A stretch of DNA of 23,605 bases from an uncultured Eubacteriales bacterium (GTDB lineage Bacteria; Acidobacteriota; Aminicenantia; Aminicenantales; Aminicenantaceae), in assembly GCA_964549955.1 (NCBI GenBank), contig CAZJXZ010000013.1:1-23605 (forward strand), given 5' to 3'. Position numbers and translations under genes: made by a program. The notes below the pieces were generated by a model. It was not told where the DNA came from. It worked only from the letters and a program-made list of their open reading frames with translations, and did no database searches. Shown here piece after piece: positions 8,507-17,130 of the stretch (the stretch's first letter is position 1; the number at the start of each line of letters is the position of its first letter).

Positions 8507-8597
8507 ACATAAAGCCAGAAATTGTTATTTTTAGGCTGAAAGTGAGCCAATTATTAAATTAATTTATTAATTATCAGTTACTTAAAAATATTCTATT

Positions 8598-8613
8598 TGG
8601 CATATAAATTGCA
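8598..8613 (+). promoter_or_regulatory. Sigma54 -24/-12 promoter TGGCAT-N5-TTGCA driving pilA2
   Basis: GG at 8599-8600 and GC at 8611-8612 with 10-nt spacing. It is about 75 bp upstream of the pilA2 ATG and is followed by SD AAAGGAGG. Confidence 0.8.
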
Positions 8614-8689
8614 GTTAATATAGCCTAGTAAGTAAAAAAGACAAAATTTTGAGGTTGACTTAAAAAGTCGCTCAAAAAAGGAGGCTAAA

Positions 8690-9220
8690 ATGTTAAAAAA
8701 AGCGAGAGGCTTCACGCTCATCGAGCTGCTGATCGTCGTAGCCATCATCGGAATTCTTGCCGCTCTTCTCATTCCCAACGCCATCACCGCCATCCAGAAA
8801 GCAAAGCAGAAAAGCACCATGAAAGATATTACAGTCATCTCCACAGCCATTGCCGACTATGTGACTGACAATGGTGTTGCCCCGACTCAAAGTGGAACCT
8901 ACAGCGCCGGCGCTGCCTTCTACACCGGCCTTTCTCCTTTCTATGTCAAAGTTCTGCCCATCAACGACCAGTGGGGTTCAGGCTTCCGTGTATGGTGCGG
9001 TATGGCTGCTAACCAGTATGGCATCAATCCCCCTGGCACCGATGACTTCCTGGTAGCTTCTTTTGCCCGCGACAAGCAGCAGGAAGGATTCACATTCAGC
9101 GACACAAACCCTGAAGCCGGACTGTTTGTCATCAGCACCATGGCTGATTTCAACAGGGATTTGGTCATGTGGGATGGCTCCTGGATTCGTTGTCCTCGCA
9201 CAGCTGCCACAGGCACATGA
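8690..9220 (+). CDS. pilA: Type IVa major pilin PilA (copy 2, near-identical paralog)
   Basis: 176 aa. The N-terminal ~70 aa are identical to copy 1 except V5A in the leader. About 9 substitutions cluster in the C-terminal half. Two Cys (VWCG and IRCPR), so a classical C-terminal disulfide loop is possible. Confidence 0.88.
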   Translation: MLKKARGFTLIELLIVVAIIGILAALLIPNAITAIQKAKQKSTMKDITVISTAIADYVTDNGVAPTQSGTYSAGAAFYTGLSPFYVKVLPINDQWGSGFRVWCGMAANQYGINPPGTDDFLVASFARDKQQEGFTFSDTNPEAGLFVISTMADFNRDLVMWDGSWIRCPRTAATGT

Positions 9221-9267
9221 TCCTGAATCGGAGTCTGCTTAGAAGCCAAATTCAAGTCTGAGAAAAA

Positions 9268-9300
9268 GGGCGATGCATCATAAGATACATCGCCCTTTTT
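9268..9300 (+). terminator. Rho-independent terminator after pilA2
   Basis: Stem GGGCGATGCATC/GATACATCGCCC (one internal mismatch) followed by TTTTT. The A-T pair of the copy-A stem is replaced here by a compensatory G-C pair. Confidence 0.7.
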
Positions 9301-9395
9301 CATATCCAAATGTTTTTAATGAGATTAACAAGAAACTTTATAGAAGAAAAAAGGACTTTACAAATCAATTTTAAATAATTATATATACCACTGAA

Positions 9396-9959
9396 ATGGA
9401 AAAGAGGGCTAAAGGTTTCACGCTGATTGAGCTCCTGGTCGTCGTGGCCGTGGTCGGCATCCTTGCCGCGCTGGTTATACCCAATGCCATTTTGTCCATT
9501 CAGAAGGCCAAGCAGAAGCAAACCATGAAAGATATGGTTGGCATCGCCACGGCTGTTGCCGATTATTCCACTGATGCCGGCGCTGCTCCTGACGCAGGCA
9601 ATCAATCCGGTGCGCTTCTGGCTGACAGCAATTTCGTCAAAGCCCTTTCTCCTACTTATATTAAAAGATGCCCTATAAACGATAAATGGGGGACTGCGTA
9701 CAGAATCTATACAGGCTCCGCTGTGGCCACAGCTTACAGCATCCCAGCTTCGGGAATTGGTGAGGATGACTTTTTGATCGTTTCCTTAGGAAGTGATAGA
9801 AGAGACGGTGGAACAATAACCTTTGTTTACCAGGAAAACAATCTTTCTGCCGGGCTTTATTCAATAAATTCCATGGAGGACTTCAAGAACGACTTGATCA
9901 ACCTCAACGGCTCCTGGCTTCATGCTCCGCGGATAATGGTCAGCGGGTCAGGGACATAA
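9396..9959 (+). CDS. Divergent type IVa pilin (third pilin gene)
   Basis: 187 aa. Leader MEKRAKG|FTLIELLVVVAVVGILAALVIPNA. The C-terminal two-thirds are divergent and carry a single Cys. No sigma54 promoter upstream; possible sigma70-like TTACAA..TATATA elements. No obvious SD. Confidence 0.8.
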   Translation: MEKRAKGFTLIELLVVVAVVGILAALVIPNAILSIQKAKQKQTMKDMVGIATAVADYSTDAGAAPDAGNQSGALLADSNFVKALSPTYIKRCPINDKWGTAYRIYTGSAVATAYSIPASGIGEDDFLIVSLGSDRRDGGTITFVYQENNLSAGLYSINSMEDFKNDLINLNGSWLHAPRIMVSGSGT

Positions 9960-10032
9960 TCTAGCTTAAGATCTTATTTTTCCTCCTGCCTTCCTCCCTT
10001 TCTTAAAAGAGATATGATATAATCTCGAAAAA

Positions 10033-10743
10033 ATGCGAACCGTAATTATCCTGGTCATTTATATTTTTTTATCTTTTCTTCTTGTTCCGGTCATCTTCTT
10101 CTGCTATTTGCTGAAGCGTTCCCAGCCTCTCATCTCGATTGGCAAGTGGGCCCTGCGCCTTGGAAAGAAAGTCTTAGGAATGAGTCTTGATATTTGCGGA
10201 GAGGATAGAATAAAGAGGGACACGCCCTATGTCTTCATGTCTAACCACCTGAGCTTGATTGACGGCCCTCTGCTCTTCATGCTCATTCCTCAGTCCATAA
10301 GAGTTATTTTAAAAAAAGAAGTCTTCAAGGTCCCAATCATCGGGCAGGCTATGAGGCAGGCTGGCTTTATCCCTGTTGACCGGAAAGCCCTGAAAGGAGG
10401 AAAAGAGAGTATAGACCGGGCAGCAAGAATGATGAGGGAGAAGGGATTTTCCTTCTTGATTTTTCCTGAAGGGACAAGGAGCCGGGATGGGAAGCCTCAA
10501 CCCTTCAAACGAGGTGGATTTTTCTTAGCGTTGAGCAGCCAGGCGGCTATTGCACCGGTGACCATAGACGGGACTTATGAGCTTATGCCCAAAGGCTCTT
10601 TCTTTGCGAAAAAAGGCAAAATCAAAGTTGTCTTTCATCAGCCAGTCTCGGTCGAGGGGTTTGAACCCAATAACATCTCTCTGCTCAGGGATCGTGTCAG
10701 GGCTGTGATCTTGGCAGGGCTGAGAAGAGAAAGCTTACAATAG
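10033..10743 (+). CDS. plsC: 1-acyl-sn-glycerol-3-phosphate acyltransferase (PlsC/LPLAT family)
   Basis: 236 aa. N-terminal TM helix. Acyltransferase motif I NHLSLID (H-x4-D). Motif III FPEGTRS. A TATAAT -10-like hexamer at 10018-10023 lies just upstream. The start codon choice is uncertain. Confidence 0.78.
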   Translation: MRTVIILVIYIFLSFLLVPVIFFCYLLKRSQPLISIGKWALRLGKKVLGMSLDICGEDRIKRDTPYVFMSNHLSLIDGPLLFMLIPQSIRVILKKEVFKVPIIGQAMRQAGFIPVDRKALKGGKESIDRAARMMREKGFSFLIFPEGTRSRDGKPQPFKRGGFFLALSSQAAIAPVTIDGTYELMPKGSFFAKKGKIKVVFHQPVSVEGFEPNNISLLRDRVRAVILAGLRRESLQ

Positions 10744-10896
10744 AATCTTATAGGCCATGTTTATCTTGTACCAGGGATTCAAGACGGATCAATCATTTTT
10801 CTTTTGTGCTAGGATGGAAGAGACAGGCTTAGGTCGCAGGGCACAAAATTCCAAAAGCCCACAGGAAAGCAATTAAGTCGGAAGCAAGGAGGGGAA

Positions 10897-11457
10897 ATGG
10901 ATTACCGCAAGGCCATCGAGGAGTTGAGAAAAATTGCAGAAGATTTTTTTGAAGCAAAAGCCGATCTTTTTAAGAGGCTGGCAGCCCTCTTATGCGAGAG
11001 GTTAAAGGAAGGTCACAAAATTTTAATATTCGGGAACGGAGGAAGCGCTGCTGAGGCTCAACATTTTGCCGCAGAGCTTGTCAATAAATTTCTAAAAGAA
11101 AGGGCTGCGCTTCGAGCCATAGCCTTGACCACAGACACATCGGCCCTGACCTCCATCGCTAACGACACATCTTTCCAGTATGTTTTCAGCCGTCAAATCG
11201 AAGCCCTGGCTGATAAAGGAGATGTCGCCATCGGCCTTTCCACCAGCGGAAATTCCCCCAACGTCATCGAAGCTTTAAAAGCCGCCAGAAAGAAGGGATT
11301 GCTCACCGTGGCTCTCACCGGAGAAGGAGGCGGGAAGGTTGGCTCTTTGGCCGATTGTCTTCTCGATGTTCCTTCAAAGAGCACTCCCAGGATTCAGGAG
11401 GTTCATCTTCTTCTCCTTCACCTCTTGGCTCAGGAAATCGAGAAGAGCGCTTCGTGA
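10897..11457 (+). CDS. gmhA: SIS-domain sedoheptulose-7-phosphate isomerase GmhA-like (or DiaA-like) protein
   Basis: 186 aa. GNGGSAAEAQHFAAEL signature of the GmhA/DiaA SIS family. Strong SD AAGGAGGGG. Confidence 0.7.
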   Translation: MDYRKAIEELRKIAEDFFEAKADLFKRLAALLCERLKEGHKILIFGNGGSAAEAQHFAAELVNKFLKERAALRAIALTTDTSALTSIANDTSFQYVFSRQIEALADKGDVAIGLSTSGNSPNVIEALKAARKKGLLTVALTGEGGGKVGSLADCLLDVPSKSTPRIQEVHLLLLHLLAQEIEKSAS

Positions 11458-11518
11458 CAGATTTCTTTTTTACTGAAGGGCCGATGAGCAAGACTCTGTG
11501 AGCCTCGAGCTTATTCTG

Positions 11519-13870
11519 TCAGCTTGTCTTTAGCTCATCGCGAACGATTTTTTTGAGGTCATCGACAGACCCCTTTCCGCTGTTGAACAGATAGCAGGCC
11601 GAGCTTTCAAGCAGTCGCTTGAAAAAGCTCTTCTGCAGCTCCAGCCTCTCTGGCGTCTTGAGCAAGATATGGGGGTTGTAAAAGGGCTGGCTTTTTGCGG
11701 GGCTGAGGGTTTGCTTGACTCCAGGCGCTTCTCCAGATTCGAGAATGCGCAGCGCATCATCAGCCTTGAGTTTTTCAAAAGGAGGAGAGACGTTATCGTA
11801 GCGGAGGATGACGATCAAGCGAAGCGTTGTGCGTTTGACGTGCTTTGCCGGCCCCCCAATCCAGGAGGGGTCGAGGAGAGCGTGGGCATCTTTGGAAGCC
11901 TTGTAGCAGAAGGGAGAGCCGCGTTCAAGACGGCAGTCGTCGAGGCGAAGGCATTCGCTATCCTGGCAGTCCTCCTTGCGGATGACAACATTCTCGCATT
12001 TGCTGTTGTCGAAGAGAGCTGCCAGACGGGAATAGGATTCGACGCTATTGGTCGGCAAGAAAAGTTTTCTCTCGACAGAATCAGAAACTAGAGTTCTGCC
12101 TGAAAAGCGGACAAAGACGATGTCGTTTGAGTGCAAACGGAATTTCTCATCTTGAAGAAGGGCGAAGAAGAGCTCGGTCTTTTTTGTTCCTTTTGGCCCG
12201 ATGAGCACAAGCCCGTTCCCGTCGATATCAGCCGACATGCCCCTGATGGCGAAGGTGTTGAAAAGTCTTTCTGAGACATCCATGACAAGCCCCAGAGCAA
12301 GAGTGCGCAGCGGGCCATAATTATCTGTATTGACGAGCACTCCTGTGTTCGTTTCCATATTATAGAAGGCATGAGGCTCTCGGCCAGTCATGCCGTCCAC
12401 AGCATAGATTGTGCCGTGCGGTTCAAGCTCGGCTTCCAGTTGAGCGGGATACCAGTTCTCAATCCAGAAATCATTCAAGTGGGGGACATTGGTGCGCAGT
12501 TTGACAATAACGCCATTGACGTTGGCGTTCCACTCGAAAAGATTTTCATAGCCGAGGTGGCTTTCCGCTTCGGTCAGAAGCGCATCCTTCATCTTAACCG
12601 GGGTGCTGGGTTCGACCGGAACTGACTTTTTTTGCCGGGTTATGGCGTTATTCAGCGCGATACGCCTGACCTTTTTGGCTGTTTTCAGGCGCGAAAGAGC
12701 TTCGCTGATTCTGTCCATTCCTTTCACCAGGTTCTCCATGGAAGTCGCAGAGGAGATGCGGATATAGTCGTCAGCGCCAAAGGCCGCGCCAGGAACGATA
12801 GCCACTCTTCCCTCTTTCAAGAGATAATAGGCCATTCCGTACGAGTTTCGAATCTGGATGTTGTTGAATTCTTTATCATGATAGAAGGAGAGATTGGGGA
12901 AGAGATAGAATGCCCCCTTTGGCTTGAAGCAGGAGACATGAGGGATGGACTGAAGCCGCAGCAGAAGATAGTTCCTCCGCCTCTGGAATTCGGCTGTCAT
13001 TTTTGAAATTTCATGCTGGGGGCCGGTCAGGGCTTCTAAGCTTGCCTTCTGGGAGATTGAGCAGGGATTTGAGGTGGTGTGGCTCTGAATCTTGGCCATG
13101 TCGCTGATGATTTCTGCAAGGCCGGCAGCATACCCTATCCGCCACCCGGTCATGGAGTAAGATTTTGAGACACCGTTGATGAGGATTGTCCTCTTTTTTA
13201 TTTCCTCTCCCAGTGAAGGGAAGCTGGCAAAGGAAAAGTCATCGTAGACGATTTTGCTGTAGATTTCATCGGCGATAACAAGAATATCTTCTTCCAGGAT
13301 GATTTTTGCCAGGGCTTCGAGTTCATGCTTCTGGTAGGCTGCGCCTGTAGGATTCGAGGGATTGTTGAGGATGAGGGCTTTGGTGGCAGGAGAGATGAGA
13401 GGTTTTAACTGCTCAGGAGTCATGAGGAATCCGTTTTCTTCTTTGGTCGGGCAAATGATACTTTTTCCCTTGGCCAGAGCAACGGCCTGGGGATAAGTAA
13501 CCCAGTAGGGAGAAGGGATGATGACTTCGTCGCCTTCCTTGATGATGGCCTGGATAAGATGGTAAAGCGCGCTCTTTGCTCCTGTAGAGACGATGATTTC
13601 GTCCTTGGAATAGTCAAGGCCATAATCTTCGCTTAGCCTTTTGATGATTGCTTCTTTTAGGGTTGGGATGCCTTCGTTTTCCGTATACTTGGTAAAATTT
13701 TCTTCGATGGCCCGGATGCCAGCTTCTTTTATGTGTTTAGGCGTAGGGAAATCCGGTTCTCCAACACTCAAGTCGATGACATCTATTCCTCCAGCCGCCA
13801 TGGCTTTGGCTTTAGCTGATATTTTGAGTGTAGGAGATGTTCTGATTTGATTTGCCTTTTCTGATGACAT
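11519..13870 (-). CDS. Fusion protein: N-terminal class-I PLP aspartate/aromatic aminotransferase domain (aa 1-395) and C-terminal HPr-kinase/PEPCK-like P-loop domain (aa ~520-700) with a Cys cluster
   Basis: 783-aa uninterrupted ORF. The aminotransferase signatures are LSVGEPDFPTP, NPSNPTGAAY and the PLP-lysine motif SKSYSMTGWRIGY. The C-terminal segment ADIDGNGLVLIGPKGTKKTELFFALLQDEKFRLHSNDIV aligns with the HprK C-domain P-loop region (GxGVLIxGxSGxGKSExALEL..RLVADDxV). The Walker A is degenerate (GPKGTKKT; coordinates 12176..12199). Cys cluster C-x9-C-x4-C-x5-C-x8-C at aa 625-655. Confidence 0.7.
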   Translation of the reverse strand: MSSEKANQIRTSPTLKISAKAKAMAAGGIDVIDLSVGEPDFPTPKHIKEAGIRAIEENFTKYTENEGIPTLKEAIIKRLSEDYGLDYSKDEIIVSTGAKSALYHLIQAIIKEGDEVIIPSPYWVTYPQAVALAKGKSIICPTKEENGFLMTPEQLKPLISPATKALILNNPSNPTGAAYQKHELEALAKIILEEDILVIADEIYSKIVYDDFSFASFPSLGEEIKKRTILINGVSKSYSMTGWRIGYAAGLAEIISDMAKIQSHTTSNPCSISQKASLEALTGPQHEISKMTAEFQRRRNYLLLRLQSIPHVSCFKPKGAFYLFPNLSFYHDKEFNNIQIRNSYGMAYYLLKEGRVAIVPGAAFGADDYIRISSATSMENLVKGMDRISEALSRLKTAKKVRRIALNNAITRQKKSVPVEPSTPVKMKDALLTEAESHLGYENLFEWNANVNGVIVKLRTNVPHLNDFWIENWYPAQLEAELEPHGTIYAVDGMTGREPHAFYNMETNTGVLVNTDNYGPLRTLALGLVMDVSERLFNTFAIRGMSADIDGNGLVLIGPKGTKKTELFFALLQDEKFRLHSNDIVFVRFSGRTLVSDSVERKLFLPTNSVESYSRLAALFDNSKCENVVIRKEDCQDSECLRLDDCRLERGSPFCYKASKDAHALLDPSWIGGPAKHVKRTTLRLIVILRYDNVSPPFEKLKADDALRILESGEAPGVKQTLSPAKSQPFYNPHILLKTPERLELQKSFFKRLLESSACYLFNSGKGSVDDLKKIVRDELKTS

Positions 13871-13897
13871 GGCTGACCTACTTTTTTGGGGAAATGA

Positions 13898-15310
13898 TTA
13901 TTTTTCCTCTTTCTCTTCAGGTGTCTGTGTCAGTTTTTCCTTGAGATACTGCTTCAGGTCGATTCCTGTCAGGGACTTGACGACCTCTGGCATCTGAGCC
14001 AGGACTTCTGCCACCTGGGAGGTAATTTTTGAGGTTCCCAAGCCCTTATCGCCGCCAACCACCACAATCTTATCCACCTTGGAGAGAGGTTCGGAGACGG
14101 CCTTGGCCAAGTCAGGCAGGATTTTCAGATACATTTCGATGATAGCTGCCTGGTTATATCTCTGCCAGGCCTCGGCCTTCTTCAGCATGGCTTCAGCCTC
14201 AGCCAGGCCTTTTCGTTTGAGCTCCTCGGCCGCGGCTGCGCCTTCGAGTTTCATCGCCTCTGCTTTTCCTTTTGCCTCGGCTTGGATACGGTATTCTTCG
14301 GCATCAGCTTCGGCCTTGAGCTGATACTTGCGGGCATCGGCAGGCTTGACCACGCTGGATTCAAGCTCTTTCTGTCTGCGCGAGATCTCCAGTTCCTCGA
14401 TCTTAATCAGGGTTTCTTTCTCGATGACATTGACCTTGGCTTCTTCCTTTTTTATATCCTGGTTTATTCGCACCCGCTCGAGTTCATAGCTGAGGTCTGC
14501 CTGAGCCTTTTTCTGGTTGACGGCAACCTGGGATTCTGCTTTTTTGCCTTCGTTTTCCCACTGGGCTTTGGCGATGAGCGCTTCAGCCGCAAGGCGGGCG
14601 ACTTCAGCCTCTTTCCGAGCTTGAGAAGATTTGATCGTTGCCTCTTTCTGTGTTTCAGCTTCGGCGATAGTCGCGTCGCGTTTTGCGGCTGCGATCTGCG
14701 GCTTTCCCAGGGCATCAAGGTAGCCTTGGGTATCGCTGATGTCTTTGAGGGCAAAGGACATCATGACCAGTCCCATCCTGGAAAAGTCTCTTTGGGTCGC
14801 TTCAGTCACCCTGGCTGAGAATTCTGGTCTTTTCCTGTATATCTCGTCCACGGTCATGGTTCCGATGATTTCTCTCATCTTCCCCTCGAGGATGGTCATG
14901 GAGACGTCCCGGATGCCCTCTTTCCCCAAACCCAAGAACTGCTCTGCGGCCAGGCGAATGGAATGGTCGGACGAATCGACCTTGACCTGAGCAGTGGCTT
15001 CAGCCAGGATGGGAACGCCGCCATGAGTGAGAACTTCAGGTGTCTTGATGCTCAAGGTAATCACTTCCATGGGAAGAATGTCGACGGTCTCAAAGAAAGG
15101 AAGGACAAAAGTTCCTCCGCCCAGACGGTAGCGGTAGCCGACTTTCCTCTTCCTTCCGTCAGGGTCAACCACTGTCCTCTTTCTTCCACCGGAAATAATT
15201 AGAACCTGATTCGGCCCAACTTTGCGATATTGGATGGCCATGAGAAGAACGAGCAGGCCAATGACGACGATTATGATGGCGATTATGACCAGCTTGGAGA
15301 CAATCATCAT
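13898..15310 (-). CDS. Flotillin-like SPFH/band-7 domain membrane protein
   Basis: 470 aa. N-terminal TM helix ([19 protein letters not shown]). SPFH domain. Long Ala/Glu/Lys-rich coiled-coil ([29 protein letters not shown]...) typical of FloT/YuaG-type flotillins. Perfect SD AAGGAGG. It ends 27 bp before the fusion gene. Confidence 0.8.
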   Translation of the reverse strand: MMIVSKLVIIAIIIVVIGLLVLLMAIQYRKVGPNQVLIISGGRKRTVVDPDGRKRKVGYRYRLGGGTFVLPFFETVDILPMEVITLSIKTPEVLTHGGVPILAEATAQVKVDSSDHSIRLAAEQFLGLGKEGIRDVSMTILEGKMREIIGTMTVDEIYRKRPEFSARVTEATQRDFSRMGLVMMSFALKDISDTQGYLDALGKPQIAAAKRDATIAEAETQKEATIKSSQARKEAEVARLAAEALIAKAQWENEGKKAESQVAVNQKKAQADLSYELERVRINQDIKKEEAKVNVIEKETLIKIEELEISRRQKELESSVVKPADARKYQLKAEADAEEYRIQAEAKGKAEAMKLEGAAAAEELKRKGLAEAEAMLKKAEAWQRYNQAAIIEMYLKILPDLAKAVSEPLSKVDKIVVVGGDKGLGTSKITSQVAEVLAQMPEVVKSLTGIDLKQYLKEKLTQTPEEKEEK

Positions 15311-15426
15311 AACCTCCTTGGAATCCCGCCTCTTTGCAAAAGTCAGGATTCAAATATAAGAGTCACAATTATAAATGTTTGCTTGCCTTTTTTAAAGACA
15401 CCTTATAAATGTAATGCTCGTTATGT

Positions 15427-16365
15427 TTATTTCAGGCCGAGCTTATCCCTGAAATAATCGATTGTTTTGAGCAGGCCTTCCTCGAGCTCTATTTTCGGCG
15501 CCCAGCCCAGCTTTTCCCTTGCCAATGAAATGTCAGGACAGCGCCGGCCAGGGTCATCAGCGGGCAGAGGCGTGTGGATGATCTTGGAGGAGCTCTTGGT
15601 GAGCTTGATGATTCTTTCTGCCAATTCGAGGACTTTCGTCTCTTTCGGGTTTCCAAGGTTAACCGGGCCTGTGAGATTCTCTGTTTCCATCATCTTGATT
15701 AAAGCCTGAATCATGTCAGTGACATAGCAGAAGGAGCGGGTCTGGCTCCCGTCTCCGTAGACGGTGAGAGGCTCTTTCCTTAAAGCCTGTACGATGAAGT
15801 TGCTGATGACTCTTCCATCATTGACACTCATCTGCGGTCCATAGGTGTTGAAAATGCGGACGATTTTCGCCTCGATTCTGTTTTGCCGATGATAAGCCAT
15901 CATCAAGGTCTCTGCCACCCTTTTCCCTTCGTCATAACAGGCCCGAAGCCCGACAGGATTGACCTTTCCCCAATAGCTTTCTTTTTGGGGATGGACTTCT
16001 GGGCTGCCGTAAACTTCAGAGGAAGAGGCGAGGAGAATGCGGGCCTTTATCCTCTTGGCCAAGCCCAGCATGTTAAGAGTGCCGACGACATTTGTTTTAA
16101 CTGTCTTTATGGCATTGGACTGATAATGGATTGGCGAGGCTGGACAGGCGAGATGGTAGATTCTATCAACTTCGATAAAGAGGGGATGGATAATGTCATG
16201 GCGGACCAGCTCGAAATAGGGATTGGACAGGAGATGGCGGATATTATCCTTGCTCCCAGAGAAGAAGTTATCAACACAGATAACTTCCTGGCCGAGTTCG
16301 AGAAGGGATTCACAGAGATGGCTTCCGATGAAGCCTGCCCCTCCTGTGATCAAGATGCGGTTCAT
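15427..16365 (-). CDS. UDP-glucuronate decarboxylase (UDP-xylose synthase) / NAD-dependent sugar epimerase-dehydratase, SDR family
   Basis: 312 aa. N-terminal Rossmann motif [11 protein letters not shown]. The [12 protein letters not shown] motif is characteristic of UXS/ArnA-type decarboxylases. Catalytic YxxxK region present. Confidence 0.75.
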   Translation of the reverse strand: MNRILITGGAGFIGSHLCESLLELGQEVICVDNFFSGSKDNIRHLLSNPYFELVRHDIIHPLFIEVDRIYHLACPASPIHYQSNAIKTVKTNVVGTLNMLGLAKRIKARILLASSSEVYGSPEVHPQKESYWGKVNPVGLRACYDEGKRVAETLMMAYHRQNRIEAKIVRIFNTYGPQMSVNDGRVISNFIVQALRKEPLTVYGDGSQTRSFCYVTDMIQALIKMMETENLTGPVNLGNPKETKVLELAERIIKLTKSSSKIIHTPLPADDPGRRCPDISLAREKLGWAPKIELEEGLLKTIDYFRDKLGLK

Positions 16366-16389
16366 ATTGTTTCTCTTATCGCGTTATTA

Positions 16390-17130
16390 TTATTTAGCTT
16401 GGAGAATAACATTCTTCTTTTTGAGAACTTTCCTCTGGACCTGGGTAATCTCTTCTATCCCTTTTTCGGCTAAGCTCAAGAGATTGCTCAGCTCTTTTTT
16501 TGAAAATGATTTTTTCTCAGCCGTTGCCTGGACTTCCACCAGCTGCCCCTTTTCTGTTTGAACCACGTTCATATCTATCTCAGCTTTCGAATCCTCATCG
16601 TAGTCGAGGTCAAGAAGGGCCTTTCCCTCGACGATGCCCACGCTGACTCCGGCGACCAAGTGCTCCAGAGGCATTTTCTCGATGACTTTCTTGTCCATCA
16701 TTTTTTTCAAGGCAAGGGCTAAGGCAACGCAAGCCGCTGTTATCGAGGCTGCCCTTGTTCCGCCATCAGCCTGGACCACGTCACAGTCGAGGATGATCGT
16801 CCTCTCTCCCAGCAGGCTGAGATCGGTCACTGCCCTGAGTGAGCGGCCTATGATGCGTTGAATCTCTTGGCTTCGTCCGGAAAGACGGGCCAGAGTTCTT
16901 TCTCTGATGTTCCTTTTTTCAGTCGAGCGGGGAAGCATAGAATATTCGGCTGTCACCCAGCCGGTTCCTGTGTTTTTAAGAAAAGGAGGGGCCTTATCTT
17001 CGATGGAGGCTGCGGCGATGACCTTGGTCTTGCCGACTTCGATGAAGGCTGAGCCGTCGGCAAAATCCAGATAATCCGTTTTGATTTTTATCGGTCTCAG
17101 TTCGTCGAAAGCGCGATTGCCCGCCCTCAT
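16390..17130 (-). CDS. rph: Ribonuclease PH
   Basis: 246 aa. N-terminus MRAGNRAFDELRPIKIKTDY..GSAFIEVGKTKVIAAAS matches the RNase PH family (RNase PH domains 1 and 2). Confidence 0.88.
   Translation of the reverse strand: MRAGNRAFDELRPIKIKTDYLDFADGSAFIEVGKTKVIAAASIEDKAPPFLKNTGTGWVTAEYSMLPRSTEKRNIRERTLARLSGRSQEIQRIIGRSLRAVTDLSLLGERTIILDCDVVQADGGTRAASITAACVALALALKKMMDKKVIEKMPLEHLVAGVSVGIVEGKALLDLDYDEDSKAEIDMNVVQTEKGQLVEVQATAEKKSFSKKELSNLLSLAEKGIEEITQVQRKVLKKKNVILQAK

Larger units (their letters stand above)
8485..9303 (+). repeat. Copy B of the tandem duplication
   Basis: See copy A. It starts with the same GGTCAAATG..CAAA..TTGTCA motif and ends with the same CCCTTTTTCAT. Confidence 0.8.

Noticed and set aside
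7992-9309. Alternate-frame ORFs within the pilin genes (7992..8360+, 8059..8271-, 8871..9056+, 8941..9309-)
   Set aside because: They duplicate in both repeat copies only because the DNA is duplicated. They carry no pilin or other signature and are out of frame with clear pilin CDSs.
9960-9985. Terminator after the third pilin (overlapping CTTAAG/AGATCT palindromes followed by ATTTTT)
   Set aside because: The palindromes would give only a 3-4 bp stem with essentially no loop. That is not a credible intrinsic terminator.
11530-13850. Several ORFs antisense to the aminotransferase fusion gene (11669..12091+, 12371..12625+, 12632..13006+, 13641..13850+)
   Set aside because: They lie opposite a long ORF with clear domain signatures and have no independent support.
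14079-15202. Plus-strand ORFs opposite the flotillin gene (14079..14324, 14282..14818, 14739..14990, 14963..15202)
   Set aside because: They mirror the Ala/Glu-rich coiled-coil on the opposite strand as low-complexity sequence. They are shadow ORFs.
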